NCBI GenBank assembly: GCA_963665325.3 | Contig: CAXXWS020000004.1 | Location: forward strand, 96,001 to 160,000 | DNA length: 64,000 bases | Direction of reading: 5' to 3' | Origin: Alphaproteobacteria bacterium | Lineage (GTDB): Bacteria > Pseudomonadota > Alphaproteobacteria > Bin95 | In this document: positions 40,617 to 51,818 of the stretch, piece after piece | Numbering within the stretch: position 1 is the stretch's first letter | How the letters are laid out: the number at the start of each line of letters is the position of its first letter | Made by a program: the position numbers and the translations under genes | Notes under the pieces: generated by a model | What the model was told of the DNA's origin: nothing | Databases searched by the model: none | Seen by the model: the letters and a program-made list of their open reading frames with translations, nothing else

Positions 40617-41632
40617 GCGATGTTGTTCCACTCGAAGTCTTCGAGCTTCCAGCAGCTTGCCGTGTGTAACTCCTGTTCGGTGCCGCGACCGGGAAGCGTC
40701 GGCGGGTAGTTGTCGAGACAGCGCGGCTCTGCCCACCTGCATCTAGGTGCGAACCTGCACCCCGAAGGCAGGTTCCAGAGCGGCGGGGGATGGCCGGGAA
40801 TCGAGTAGAGGCGGTCGACCGTCCGGTCGAGGGCCGGCACGGAATCCAGCAGTGCCCGCGTGTAGGGGTGCGCCGGGGTGTTGAAGATGGCCCGCACCGG
40901 TCCGTGCTCGACGATGCGTCCGCCATACATCACCGCGACCCGGTCGCACATGGTCGCCACGATGCCGAAATCATGCGTGATGAAAATAATCGACAGACCG
41001 GACTCTCGTTGAATGTCCTTCAGCAAGCGCAAGTACTGAGCCTGGATGGTGGCGTCCAGGGCCGTCGTCGGCTCGTCGGCGATCAGGATCTGCGGCTCGC
41101 ACGAATTCGCGATCGCGCCCACGACACGCTGCTTCATCCCGCCGCTCAATTGGTGCGGATGCTCATGCACCCGCTGCTCGGGCGCTGCGACACGTACCTT
41201 TCTAAGCGCGTCAACGGTGTGCTCGAGGAGATTCGAGCGCGAAACCTTGCGATGCATTGCGATCGCTTCGGTAATCTGTCCGCCCACGGTGTAAACGGGA
41301 TTGAGCGAGGTCTGGGGATCCTGCAGCACCATCGAGATGCGCCGTCCTCGCACCCGCCTCATCTGTTCGGCGCCGTAGCGCAGGAGGTCCTCGCCATTGA
41401 GCAGAACGCGGCCGCCCACGATGCGCGCCGCCGGTCGCGGCACCAGGCGCAGGATACTAAGCGCAGTCATCGACTTGCCGCTTCCCGATTCACCGACGAT
41501 GCCCAGGGTCTCGCCCTGATGCAATGAGAACGAGACGCCGTCGACGGCTTTCACCAGCCCCATCTTGGTGTCGAGGTGGGTCTGCAGGTTCTCGACCTCC
41601 AGAATAGGAGCTCCGGAAAAGATGTCAGTCAC
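40610..41632 (-). CDS. Oligopeptide ABC ATP-binding protein (OppD type)
   Basis: GESGSGKS, LSGGMKQR, DEPTTALD, HPYT, GCRFAPRC. Confidence 0.95.
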   Translation of the reverse strand: MTDIFSGAPILEVENLQTHLDTKMGLVKAVDGVSFSLHQGETLGIVGESGSGKSMTALSILRLVPRPAARIVGGRVLLNGEDLLRYGAEQMRRVRGRRISMVLQDPQTSLNPVYTVGGQITEAIAMHRKVSRSNLLEHTVDALRKVRVAAPEQRVHEHPHQLSGGMKQRVVGAIANSCEPQILIADEPTTALDATIQAQYLRLLKDIQRESGLSIIFITHDFGIVATMCDRVAVMYGGRIVEHGPVRAIFNTPAHPYTRALLDSVPALDRTVDRLYSIPGHPPPLWNLPSGCRFAPRCRWAEPRCLDNYPPTLPGRGTEQELHTASCWKLEDFEWNNIAC

Positions 41633-42525
41633 AGCTGGGTGACCTTTGGATCCAGCCGGTCACGAACCCAATCTCCCAGCAGGTTCAGCGCGAACACCGT
41701 CAATGTGATCGCCAAGCCGGGGAAAAAGGCGATCCACCAGGCGCTCACGATGAGTTGGCGGCCGTCTGCGACCATCAGGCCCCATGCGGGCGTCGGCCGT
41801 GGAATCCCGACCCCGAGAAAGCTCAGTGCCGCCTCGAGAATTATCACCGAGCCGACCTGCAGTGTGGCCAGAACCACGATCGTGTTCGCGACGTTTGGCA
41901 GGATGTGGCGCACGATAATTCGAGCGTGCGAACTGCCGCTCACCCGAGCGCGTGCAACGAAGTCCCGTTCGCGGATGCTCAGAACTTCACCGCGAACCTG
42001 CCGGGCATAGAACGCCCAAAGAACGAAAACCACCACCAGGATGACAGTCTGAAAACTGGGGCCGATCACGATTGCAAGCACGAGCGCCAACAGGATGCTC
42101 GGAAGCGCCAGCGAAATGTCGACGAGCCTCATGATGACAGCGTCGATCCAGCCGCGGAAGTAACCGCCGATTAGGCCGAGCACGGTTCCGAGGATCCCGC
42201 CGAAGAAGATGCCGACGAGGGAAATGGAGAGCGAGACCTTTGCTCCGTGCATGATGCGGCTGAGAATATCCCGGCCGATACGGTCTGTGCCAAGGGGATG
42301 CTCCCAGTCGCCCCCGAAGAACACGGGCGGCTGTCGGCGGTCGGGAACGGAGCCGTGGATGGGATCGTGAGGCGCCAGCCAGTCGGCTGTGATGGCCGGG
42401 AAGATGAGCAGCGCGACAAGGATGAAGATGGAAACGATGGGAAAGCGCCGCAGCGCCAGGCGCAGTCGCCTGCTCGCAGACGGTCGGGCGAGGACTGACA
42501 CGGTGTTCGGGTCGGGGGGGCCCAT
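41629..42525 (-). CDS. Oligopeptide ABC permease (OppC type)
   Basis: HPLGTD..GRDILSR, EAALSFLG.G, NLLGD..RD.LDP. Confidence 0.95.
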   Translation of the reverse strand: MGPPDPNTVSVLARPSASRRLRLALRRFPIVSIFILVALLIFPAITADWLAPHDPIHGSVPDRRQPPVFFGGDWEHPLGTDRIGRDILSRIMHGAKVSLSISLVGIFFGGILGTVLGLIGGYFRGWIDAVIMRLVDISLALPSILLALVLAIVIGPSFQTVILVVVFVLWAFYARQVRGEVLSIRERDFVARARVSGSSHARIIVRHILPNVANTIVVLATLQVGSVIILEAALSFLGVGIPRPTPAWGLMVADGRQLIVSAWWIAFFPGLAITLTVFALNLLGDWVRDRLDPKVTQL

Positions 42526-42545
42526 CCTTTGCCGATCCGCCGGGC

Positions 42546-43466
42546 TCAGCCGTAACGAATTCGCGGATCTACGTAGGCGTACAGCGTGTCCACGATCAGG
42601 TTGGCCAGAATAAACACCGATGCGAAGGTCAGTACCACTGCCTGAACAACCGGATAGTCCCGCCCGCGTATCGCTTCAATTGCCAACTGTCCCGTGCCGG
42701 GCCAGGCGAAAACGGTCTCGATGACGACCGACCCGGTGAGAATCACGCCGGCGATGACGCCAAAATAGGTGAGCGGCGCGATGGCCGCGTTTCGGAGCGC
42801 ATGCACCCAGATGACCCGCCACTCCGGCACGCCCTTGATTCGGGCAAGCTTGATGTACTCGCTGTCCAGAACCTCCAGCATTGCGGAACGGGTGAGCCGC
42901 ATAAGGGCAGCCACCTGGAACCACCCCATGGCAATCGCCGGCAGCACCATGTGGGAGAATCCGCCGCGGCCCGAGGTCGGGAACCAGCCGAGCTTGACCG
43001 CGAAAATCCAGATGAGCACGATTCCTAGCCAGAAATTGGGCATTGCCTGGCCGAGCAGTGCTACGAGCTTACCCGCGGAATCGAAGGGGGTATCCTTGTA
43101 GACTCCGGCTAGCACTCCGATTGGTATTGCGATGATCGTGCTGACCAGGACCGCGAACCCCCCGAGTTGAATGGTCGCCGGCAACCGCTCCATGACCACT
43201 TCCAGGGCCGTGTAGCCGCGCCACTTCAGCGAGTCGCCCAGATTGCCCTGTAGCGCGTTCCCGAGAAACGTGAAGTATTGGACGTGAATCGGCCGATCCA
43301 GCCCCCATTCGCGGGTCAGCCGTTCAGCCTCCTCGGGCCCCGCATCGTCCGGCAGCATCGAGTCGACAGGGCTGCCGCTCAGGTGCGACAGGCCGAAAGT
43401 GATAATGCTGATTGCCAGCAGCGCCATCAGGCTCTGTGCGATTCGAAGGAGGAGGTAGCGGCGCAT
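42546..43466 (-). CDS. Oligopeptide ABC permease (OppB type)
   Basis: GLD.P...QY, HALRNA, IETVFAWPG, RDYPVVQ, DPRIR. Confidence 0.95.
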   Translation of the reverse strand: MRRYLLLRIAQSLMALLAISIITFGLSHLSGSPVDSMLPDDAGPEEAERLTREWGLDRPIHVQYFTFLGNALQGNLGDSLKWRGYTALEVVMERLPATIQLGGFAVLVSTIIAIPIGVLAGVYKDTPFDSAGKLVALLGQAMPNFWLGIVLIWIFAVKLGWFPTSGRGGFSHMVLPAIAMGWFQVAALMRLTRSAMLEVLDSEYIKLARIKGVPEWRVIWVHALRNAAIAPLTYFGVIAGVILTGSVVIETVFAWPGTGQLAIEAIRGRDYPVVQAVVLTFASVFILANLIVDTLYAYVDPRIRYG

Positions 43467-43472
43467 CCCGGA

Positions 43473-44270
43473 TTACAACTGCCGTCGCAAGAGACTGAAC
43501 GATTGCGCTGTCGGCCCGGGATTCGGCTGACAGGCGAGGAAAAGCGCTAGCGACACGACGTCCTCGGGCTGCTTGACCCATTCGTTCGGGATCGAAGCCA
43601 CCGCCCAGCCGGTAGTCTCGTGCTCCTGCACCGTTGCCGGCGTCCAGACCGGACCGGGGATGATTTCGTTGACCGTGATGTCGTGTTCAACCAGTTCCTC
43701 GGCCAGCACTCGCGTAAGCATCCAGAGACCTGCCTTGCTTACCGCATATGCGCTGGCGCCGGGAGCTGCGCGGTGTCCTATTCCGCTCCCCATCAGCAGA
43801 ATACGGCCGCCGTCGCGCGCCCTCATGTGAGGAACCGCCTCGCGCGCTGTGTAGTAGGCTCCGACAAGGTTGAGCTGGAGGGTTGCGACCCAGTTGTCCG
43901 GATCGTCCTCGCCGACGACATTGCGTTCCAGATTGCCCCCCGCATTGATCAACAGAATGTCGAGCCCACCGAATTCTGACGTCGTCTGCGCGATCATCCG
44001 CTCTACTTCGGAACGGTCGGTCACGTCGGTGCGGACCGCGAGGGCCGTACCGCCAAACCCTTCGATTTCGGCGACGGTATCGGCGAGGCCGTCGACGGAA
44101 CGCGCCGCACAACCGACCATCGCTCCCGCTCGGGCCCAGGCAACCGCGATAGCCCGGCCGATTCCGCTGCTCGCCCCTGTGATCAGGGCCACCTTGTCCT
44201 TTAAGGGCAGGTCGGGCGCATTCACTCTCGTCTCCTCCTCGCCGCTGACGCGGCCAACCTTATCGGCCAC
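43473..44270 (-). CDS. Short-chain dehydrogenase/reductase
   Basis: TGASSGIG, NAG, YAVSK; start uncertain. Confidence 0.92.
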   Translation of the reverse strand: MADKVGRVSGEEETRVNAPDLPLKDKVALITGASSGIGRAIAVAWARAGAMVGCAARSVDGLADTVAEIEGFGGTALAVRTDVTDRSEVERMIAQTTSEFGGLDILLINAGGNLERNVVGEDDPDNWVATLQLNLVGAYYTAREAVPHMRARDGGRILLMGSGIGHRAAPGASAYAVSKAGLWMLTRVLAEELVEHDITVNEIIPGPVWTPATVQEHETTGWAVASIPNEWVKQPEDVVSLALFLACQPNPGPTAQSFSLLRRQL

Positions 44271-44580
44271 CGTGGCCCGATCCGGTATTCCGTTCCCATC
44301 ATCGTCGCCGTCCTATCCCTTGCGCAGGATGACGGCGAACGGAATCCACTCTCTTCAGTTGACGATACAGTGTCGCCGGCCAACTGCTGGGGGACTTTGC
44401 GACTATCGAAGTTCGCCCGACCACGGTTCAAGAAGCATGGCCAAGTGTCAAGGGCGACCCTATGGGGCAGGGCAATCGCCTTTGGATATTTCATGCAACG
44501 GCGCGGATCGAGTTTAGGAGGAATTCATCGTTCCAGGCGACGCGTTTGAGCTTGCCCCGCATGGCGTCCTTTGTCGGTTC

Positions 44581-45630
44581 TAGAGCGGGATGATTTAATT
44601 GAGAATCGCAAGGGGATTCCGGTTTCAGGCTTGAGCTGATTCACTGTTGTTTTTCCGACAGTGGAGGCTTGGGCGATGAGCCGTGCAATTTCGATGGACT
44701 TGCGCGAACGCGCGATGGTCCGGTTGGCCGAGGGACAGAGCGTCCGTCAGGTGGCGTCGGCGCTCTCTGTGGCGCCGTCGAGTATCGTGAAGTGGTCGCA
44801 GCGTCTGCGGGCGACCGGCAGTTGCGCGCCGGCGAAGATCGGCGGGCGGCGTCCGCGCAAGATCGTCGGGGCGTATGAGGACTGGCTTCTGGAGCGGATC
44901 GAAACCCCGTTCACCCTGCGTGGTCTGGTGAGCGAGTTGGCCGCGCGCGGCCTCCGGGTGGATTACCGCACGGTCTGGTCGGCGGTGCATCGGGCGGGCT
45001 ACTCGTTCAAAAAAAACCGCGCTGGCCAGCGAGCAATGCCGCCCGGACGTCGCGCGCCGACGGACGCGCTGGAAACGCCACCAGAAACGGGTTGATCCGC
45101 GCCGGCTGGTCTTCATCGACGAGACCTGGGCCAAAACCAACATGGCTCCGCTGCGCGGCTGGGCGCCGAAGGGCAAACGCCTGATCGGGCGCGCGCCGCA
45201 CGGCCACTGGCGTACCATGACCTTCATCGCCGCACTGCGCGTCGACCGGATCGACGCGCCTTGCGTCCTCGACGGACCGGTCAACGCCAAGGCCTTCCAA
45301 ACCTATGTCGAACACTTCCTCGTCCCCACGCTGGCCCCAAGCGATGTGGTCGTTATGGACAATCTTGCCAGCCACAAAAACGCAACCGTCAGAAAGGCCA
45401 TCCGAAATGCCGGCGCCCACTTGCTGTTCCTGCCGCCATACAGTCCCGACCTGAACCCGATCGAGCAGGTCTTCGCCAAACTCAAACATCTGTTGCGAGA
45501 CGCCGCCGAACGAACCACCGAAACCACATGGCAGCGTATCGGCACCCTCCTCGAACGCTTCTCACCCCGTGAATGCGCCAACTACCTACAAAACGCTGGA
45601 TATGCTTCCGTATGAAATCATCACGCTCTA
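44581..45630 (+). mobile_element. IS630-family element with TA target duplication
   Basis: TAGAGCGGGATGATTT ... AAATCATCACGCTCTA terminal IRs. Confidence 0.93.
44676..45615 (+). CDS. IS630 transposase split in two frames at an A8 run (45009-45016)
   Basis: HTH ORF (SMDLRER) plus DDE ORF (VFIDET, VMDNL..HK, LPPYSPDLNPIE); frames join as YSFKK/TALASE. Confidence 0.9.
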
Positions 45631-45916
45631 GCCTTGCGATGTTGCGGGTGAGGCGCCGCAGCATGGCGAGGTTTTCGGGGCCGTGTTCCTGTCGGTTTCG
45701 CTGGCGGTCCTCGTTCATGGTCACGTCGAGGACCCAGTGCAGGCAGTTCTAGATGGCCCAATGGGCGCGCACGGCATTCTGGAGGCGTTCGGGCGAGAGC
45801 GGCGCGCTCATGATGTAGTAGCGTGTTTCGGTTGTTGCGCGCTTGGCGGTTTCGCGCCTCGCGTCGATCTTTCCGCCGGCAACACCGGTATGGGCCAAGT
45901 GCGTTGCGCCCAGGCT

Positions 45917-47938
45917 TCAGACAGCGGCAATCTCGACCTCGATGCTGTGGACGCAGGTGCTCTCGCCCATATCCGACTTGATGCCGGGGTTGAGGACATT
46001 GACGTTGGCGCGCGCGCCTTCCTGACGCGGCCAGCGGCCTTTGGGGCTGAGCGCGACGCCTTGCGGGATGGACCCGGCAACCGCCAGCGCAAGCTCCAGG
46101 CTGCCGGTCTCGTTGCTGAGCCGCACCTGCTGCCCTTCGGTCAGGCCGCGGGCCGCCGCGTCCTCCGGATGCAGCGTCACCGTCGCTTCGCCCATGAGCT
46201 CGCCGACGCGCCGATCGTTGGCATAGGAGCCGTTCATCAGCCAGGGCGAGGCCGGCGTCAGCAGGCGCAGTCGCCCGTTCCGGGGTTTCGGGTCGGCGTC
46301 GGCGAGCGGCAGGCGGGGATGGCCGTCGGCCTCGGCGCGGGCCGAGGCGATCTCGATCTTGCCGCTCGGGGTCGGGAAGGCGAGGTCGGAGAACTGGATG
46401 ATCGGTTGGGTGGTGGGAAACACCGTCCCGGACTTCTTGAACTCTTCGAAGGAGCCCTCGACACCCACCTGGCCCATGATCCGCTCAATGATCGTTGCGT
46501 CGTCCTCGTAGAGCTCGGGTTCCGCGAAGCCCATGGCGCGTGAGAGGCGGCGGAAAATCTCCTGGTTGGGCAGGGAGTCGCCCAGCGGCTCCTGAAGCTT
46601 GGCCTGGGCGGAGAAGGAGAGGTTGAAGTAGCTTGAGACCAGATCGTCGAACTCCATGAACGACGCCGCCGGCAGCACATAGTCGGCATAGTCTGCGGTG
46701 TCGGTCTGGAAAATGTCGACGACCACGGTGAAGAGGTCTTCCCGCATCAGCGCGCGGCGCAGCCGCGCCTGCTCCGGGCTTGAGGCAGCCGGATTGATGT
46801 TCCAGCAAAGGAAGGCCTGGATGTCCGCCGGATCTTCGAGCCTCGCCGCGAGTTCCATCTGGCTGAAGCTCGGCGGGCTCCGGTCTATTGCCGCGCCCGA
46901 CAGATAGTCGCCGTCAACGCCCCTCCGCCCGCTGCCATTGAGGTAAAGCATCCCCGCGCCGGGCTTGCCGAAATTGCCTGTGACTGCCGGCAGCAGCGCA
47001 CAGGCGCGCATCACGTTGCCGCCCATCGCCTGGCGTTGCAGTCCCTGGCCGAGCCAGAGCAATGCGGGCCCCGCACCGTAGATCCGCGCCGCTTCCTCGA
47101 TCTGCGCCGCCGGCACGCCGGTGCGGGCCTCGCCCCAGGCCGGCGTACAGGGGGCGATGGCGGGCTCCAGCTCGTCCCAGCCGAGCGCGTGGGCAGCGAG
47201 GAAGGCGCGATCGATCAGCCCGTCGCGCACCAGCACGTGGACCATGGCGAAGGCCAGGGACGCATCGCTGCCGGGAAAGGGCTGCAGATGCATGTCGGCC
47301 TGCTCGGCGGTCGGGTGGCGCACCGGGTCGACCACGATCACCGTGCCCGGCGCCTCCTTCAGCCAGTGCTTGTGCTGGTGCGGCGCGGAGGCGGAGGGGT
47401 TCGCGCCCCAGACGACGATGCAGTGCGAGTCTTTGGCGGTGCGCGGGTCGAAACCGATCGCGGACGTGCCGATCGCGTAGTCGAGTGCGACGTGGCCGGC
47501 CATGTTGCACACCGTGTCGGGCTCGACCTCGCGGGCGCCCAGGCGGCCCAGGAAGCGCATTGGGAAGTTGTTGGCGATCAGCGAGCAGGTGCCGGTGTAG
47601 TGCGCGTGCACGATCCTGTCCGCGCCGACGCCCTCGGCAATCCGGGTGAAGCGCGCGGCGATGTCCCCGATGGCCTCGTCCCACGAGACCGGCTCGAAGC
47701 GCCCTTCGCCCTTGGCGCCGGTGCGCTTGAGCGGCGTCTGCAGCCGTATCTCGGGATCGCGGAAGACGCCGTTGTAGGCAAGCGCACACTTGCCGCAGAG
47801 CGCACCTCGGCTCACCGGGTGGTCCGGGTCGCCGAGCACGCGGGTGATCGCGCCGTCGCGCTTGATCGCGACGATGCCGCAGGCGTCGTAGCAGTCGCGC
47901 GGGCAGGTGGTCTTGAGGACTTCCTTCTCGCCTGTCAT
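45917..47938 (-). CDS. Molybdopterin-dependent oxidoreductase (DMSO reductase superfamily)
   Basis: TCPRDCYDAC Fe-S motif, LCGKC, R..PLKR.G.KGEG.F..VSWDEA, TA.YADYVLPA, TPSGKIE, LHPEDAAARG. Confidence 0.93.
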   Translation of the reverse strand: MTGEKEVLKTTCPRDCYDACGIVAIKRDGAITRVLGDPDHPVSRGALCGKCALAYNGVFRDPEIRLQTPLKRTGAKGEGRFEPVSWDEAIGDIAARFTRIAEGVGADRIVHAHYTGTCSLIANNFPMRFLGRLGAREVEPDTVCNMAGHVALDYAIGTSAIGFDPRTAKDSHCIVVWGANPSASAPHQHKHWLKEAPGTVIVVDPVRHPTAEQADMHLQPFPGSDASLAFAMVHVLVRDGLIDRAFLAAHALGWDELEPAIAPCTPAWGEARTGVPAAQIEEAARIYGAGPALLWLGQGLQRQAMGGNVMRACALLPAVTGNFGKPGAGMLYLNGSGRRGVDGDYLSGAAIDRSPPSFSQMELAARLEDPADIQAFLCWNINPAASSPEQARLRRALMREDLFTVVVDIFQTDTADYADYVLPAASFMEFDDLVSSYFNLSFSAQAKLQEPLGDSLPNQEIFRRLSRAMGFAEPELYEDDATIIERIMGQVGVEGSFEEFKKSGTVFPTTQPIIQFSDLAFPTPSGKIEIASARAEADGHPRLPLADADPKPRNGRLRLLTPASPWLMNGSYANDRRVGELMGEATVTLHPEDAAARGLTEGQQVRLSNETGSLELALAVAGSIPQGVALSPKGRWPRQEGARANVNVLNPGIKSDMGESTCVHSIEVEIAAV

Positions 47939-47948
47939 TGCTGTCTCC

Positions 47949-47970
47949 GGGGTGCGGGTGCGGGTGCGGG
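47949..47970 (+). repeat. (GGGTGC)n hexamer repeat / canonical G-quadruplex motif
   Basis: GGGG-TGC-GGG-TGC-GGG-TGC-GGG. Confidence 0.8.
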
Positions 47971-48047
47971 TCGCAACCTATCCCTGCGCGTTCCGATCCG
48001 GAAGCCCGTGCTAGGTTCGCGGCCATGACGGGAGGGGGAGCGCGACG

Positions 48048-48881
48048 ATGCGGACGGTCAGACTACCGGGCGGCGACGAAGTCGTGGCCCTCGGCCAGGG
48101 CACGTGGCGCATGGGCGAGCGCCGGGCGGCGCGCAAGGACGAGGTAGCGGCGCTCCGGCACGGCATCGCCTGCGGCATGACGCTGATCGACACGGCGGAG
48201 ATGTACGGTTCCGGCGGTGCCGAACGGGTCGTCGGCGAGGCGATCCGCGGACAGCGCGACAGGGTCTATCTGGTGAGCAAGGTGCTGCCGTCGAACGCCG
48301 GGCGAAAGCGCATGAAGCGCGCCTGCGAGACGAGCCTGAAGCGCCTCGGCACCGATTATCTCGACCTCTACCTGTTGCACTGGCGCGGCGGCGTCTCCCT
48401 CGACGAGACCATCGAAGGCTTCCTCGCGCTGAAGGAGGACGGCAAGATTCGCCGTTTCGGGGTCAGCAACTTCGACACCGGCGACATGGAGGAGCTGTGG
48501 GAGACCTCAGGCGGCCCGGGCTGCCAGACCAACCAGATCCTCTACAACCTCAAGCGGCGCTGGCCCGAGGCATCGCTGATGCCGTGGTCCCGGCACAACC
48601 GCCAGCCGCTCATGATCTATTCGCCGCTGGAGCAGGGCAGATTGCCGGCGGGCGGTGCGCTTGGCGCTATCGCCGCCGCCCGCGGCGTGACGACGATGCA
48701 GGTGGCGCTCGCCTGGGTGCTCCGGCACGAGGACGTTTTCGTCGTGCCCAAGGCGAGCCTTGTCGTCCACGTCGATGCCAACCTGGGCGCACTCGATATC
48801 ACGCTCAGCGATGACGAGCTTGCGGCCCTGGACAAGGACTTCCCGCCACCCGAGGGCGGCGCACCCCTGGAGCTTCTGTAG
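48048..48881 (+). CDS. Aldo/keto reductase
   Basis: LGQGTW, IDTAEMYG, SL.RLGTDYLDLYLLHW, GVSNF, YSPL. Confidence 0.95.
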   Translation: MRTVRLPGGDEVVALGQGTWRMGERRAARKDEVAALRHGIACGMTLIDTAEMYGSGGAERVVGEAIRGQRDRVYLVSKVLPSNAGRKRMKRACETSLKRLGTDYLDLYLLHWRGGVSLDETIEGFLALKEDGKIRRFGVSNFDTGDMEELWETSGGPGCQTNQILYNLKRRWPEASLMPWSRHNRQPLMIYSPLEQGRLPAGGALGAIAAARGVTTMQVALAWVLRHEDVFVVPKASLVVHVDANLGALDITLSDDELAALDKDFPPPEGGAPLELL

Positions 48882-49006
48882 GGCGCACTGCAGGGAGCGT
48901 CAGTCTCCCGGGCCGACCATCCTCATGATGCCGGAGCCAAGAGCCACCGGGTGGCGCGCGCTTGCCGCAGTCGCCATCCGCGGTCCAAGCCCTGCTATCC
49001 GTCGGT

Positions 49007-49087
49007 GCGCCGCCCCGCGCGCGGGGCCCTCCCATGGATCTACGAGGACAAGCTACCGCCAAGCCCGTGGTACGCCGCCGTTGACAT
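49007..49087 (+). mobile_element. Eroded IS21 right end
   Basis: Matches about 8977-9088 with deletion between the subterminal repeats; ends CCGTTGACA. Confidence 0.85.
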
Positions 49088-49282
49088 AAGGCATAACGCT
49101 CCCGGACCGCATTCGGGAACGGGGCTCGCCGGACCTGAATCTTGACCCACTCCCGGACCTCAAGTTACGCATGCAACGGGCACGACGCATGCGGCCCTTG
49201 TTTCGTACCTCGATATTGCGCATTCGACAGCGGAAGCCGATGTCTTGCAGGCCGGTGAATGGAACCCGAGAATCTGACCTTG

Positions 49283-50749
49283 ATGCGACTCTCCAACGCC
49301 ACGTTGAACGACCTGCCGACGTCCATTGCGCGGCCTGTCTACGACCGGGCGGCCCTGACGCCGGGCATCCTCCACATCGGGCTCGGCAATTTCCACCGCG
49401 CGCACCAGGCGTGGTACCTGCATCGACTATTTCAGCGTGGCCATAACAGCGATTGGGCGATCGTCGGCGCCGGGGTCCGTGCGAACGATGCGATCCAACG
49501 CGAGAAGCTCTTGAGACAGGATTGTCTGTCGACGCTGATCGAACTCGACCCGGCCGGCCGGTCGGCGGAAGTAAGCGGTGCGATGATCGACTACGCGCCC
49601 GTTGCGGAAGGCAACGCCGCCCTCATTCGCCGGATGGTAGATCCTGCAATTCGGATCGTCTCGCTCACGGTGACCGAGGGCGGATACTATGTCGATCCCC
49701 CGACGAACGGCTTCGACGCAGCACATCCCGACATCCGGCATGACATCGCATATCCGGACCGTCCGCGCACTGCATTCGGCGCGATGGTGGCGGCGCTCAA
49801 GTTCAGGCGGGACCGGCGGATAGGCCCGTTCACCGGCCAGAGCTGCGACAATCTTGTCGGCAACGGCGCCTTGTTGCGCCAGACCGTGGTCTCGCTTGCC
49901 CGGGCCTCCGACCCGGACCTCGCCGAGTGGATCGACGAGAACTGCTCGTTCCCGAACTCGATGGTCGATTGCATCGTTCCTGCGACCGGCCCGAACGAGC
50001 TGGCTCTGGCGCGGTCATTCGGCGTCGAGGACGCAGTTCCGGTCACGCACGAAAACTTCCGCCAGTGGGTCATCGAGGACGATTTCTGCTCCGGGCGGCC
50101 GGACTGGGAACGCGTCGGCGCCACTTTCTCGGACAGGGTCCACGACTACGAGGCGATGAAGATTCGTATCCTCAACGCCGGGCACCAGATCATCGCCAAT
50201 GCAGGCGAGCTTCTCTCGATCGAGACTATCGCGGAGTGCATGGCGCGGCCTCCGGTCGCCGCTCTCTTCCGCAAGGTGCAACGCGAGGAAATTGTGCCCC
50301 ACGTCAGGACAGTCCCGGACTTGACTCCGGACGAGTACGTGGACCTGATCGCCCGCCGCTTCTCCAACCCCGCCATCGGAGACACCACACGGCGCGTCGC
50401 TTTCGACGGATCGTCGCGCCATGCGGGCTTTGTCCTGCCGAGTCTCCGGGATGGCCTCGAAACCGGCGTACCGGTCGAGGGGCTTGCGCTGGTGGAGGCG
50501 CTCTGGGCGCGCATGTGCGAGGGCCGACGCGAAGACGGCTCCATCATCGAGCCGAACGACCCTCAGTGGGACAGGCTTTCAGCCGTCGCGAAAGCGGCGC
50601 GGAACAATCCGCGCGCCTGGCTGGAGCAGCGCCAGATCTATGGCGACCTCGTGGAGGCGCCGCGTTTCGCGGCAGCTTTCGAGCGTTGGCTCAACAAGAT
50701 TCTGTCAGACGGTTGCGAGGCGTCGTTACAGGCCTACGTGAGCTCTTAG
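49283..50749 (+). CDS. mtlK: Mannitol 2-dehydrogenase family protein
   Basis: HIGLGNFHRAHQA, SLTVTEGGY, SCDNL, FPNSMVD.I.P, QWVIED.F, K.RILNAGH, RFSNP. Confidence 0.92.
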   Translation: MRLSNATLNDLPTSIARPVYDRAALTPGILHIGLGNFHRAHQAWYLHRLFQRGHNSDWAIVGAGVRANDAIQREKLLRQDCLSTLIELDPAGRSAEVSGAMIDYAPVAEGNAALIRRMVDPAIRIVSLTVTEGGYYVDPPTNGFDAAHPDIRHDIAYPDRPRTAFGAMVAALKFRRDRRIGPFTGQSCDNLVGNGALLRQTVVSLARASDPDLAEWIDENCSFPNSMVDCIVPATGPNELALARSFGVEDAVPVTHENFRQWVIEDDFCSGRPDWERVGATFSDRVHDYEAMKIRILNAGHQIIANAGELLSIETIAECMARPPVAALFRKVQREEIVPHVRTVPDLTPDEYVDLIARRFSNPAIGDTTRRVAFDGSSRHAGFVLPSLRDGLETGVPVEGLALVEALWARMCEGRREDGSIIEPNDPQWDRLSAVAKAARNNPRAWLEQRQIYGDLVEAPRFAAAFERWLNKILSDGCEASLQAYVSS

Positions 50750-50803
50750 CCGGGCTTCGGCGACATTTCCAGCGGCGCGAACATCCCCCAATCCCGGGCC
50801 CCC

Positions 50804-51808
<1,005 letters not shown>

Positions 51809-51818
51809 TTCCTTGTCC

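Larger units (their letters stand above)
44468..45872 (-). mobile_element. ISAs1-family 3' remnant, interrupted by IS630
   Basis: IR CAGGGCAATCGC at 44468. Frame ETRYYI...RAHWAIEN.LHWVLDV...ED...ENLA.LR joins across the IS630 TA as RL/EPTKDAMRGKLKR.AWNDEFL. Confidence 0.88.
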
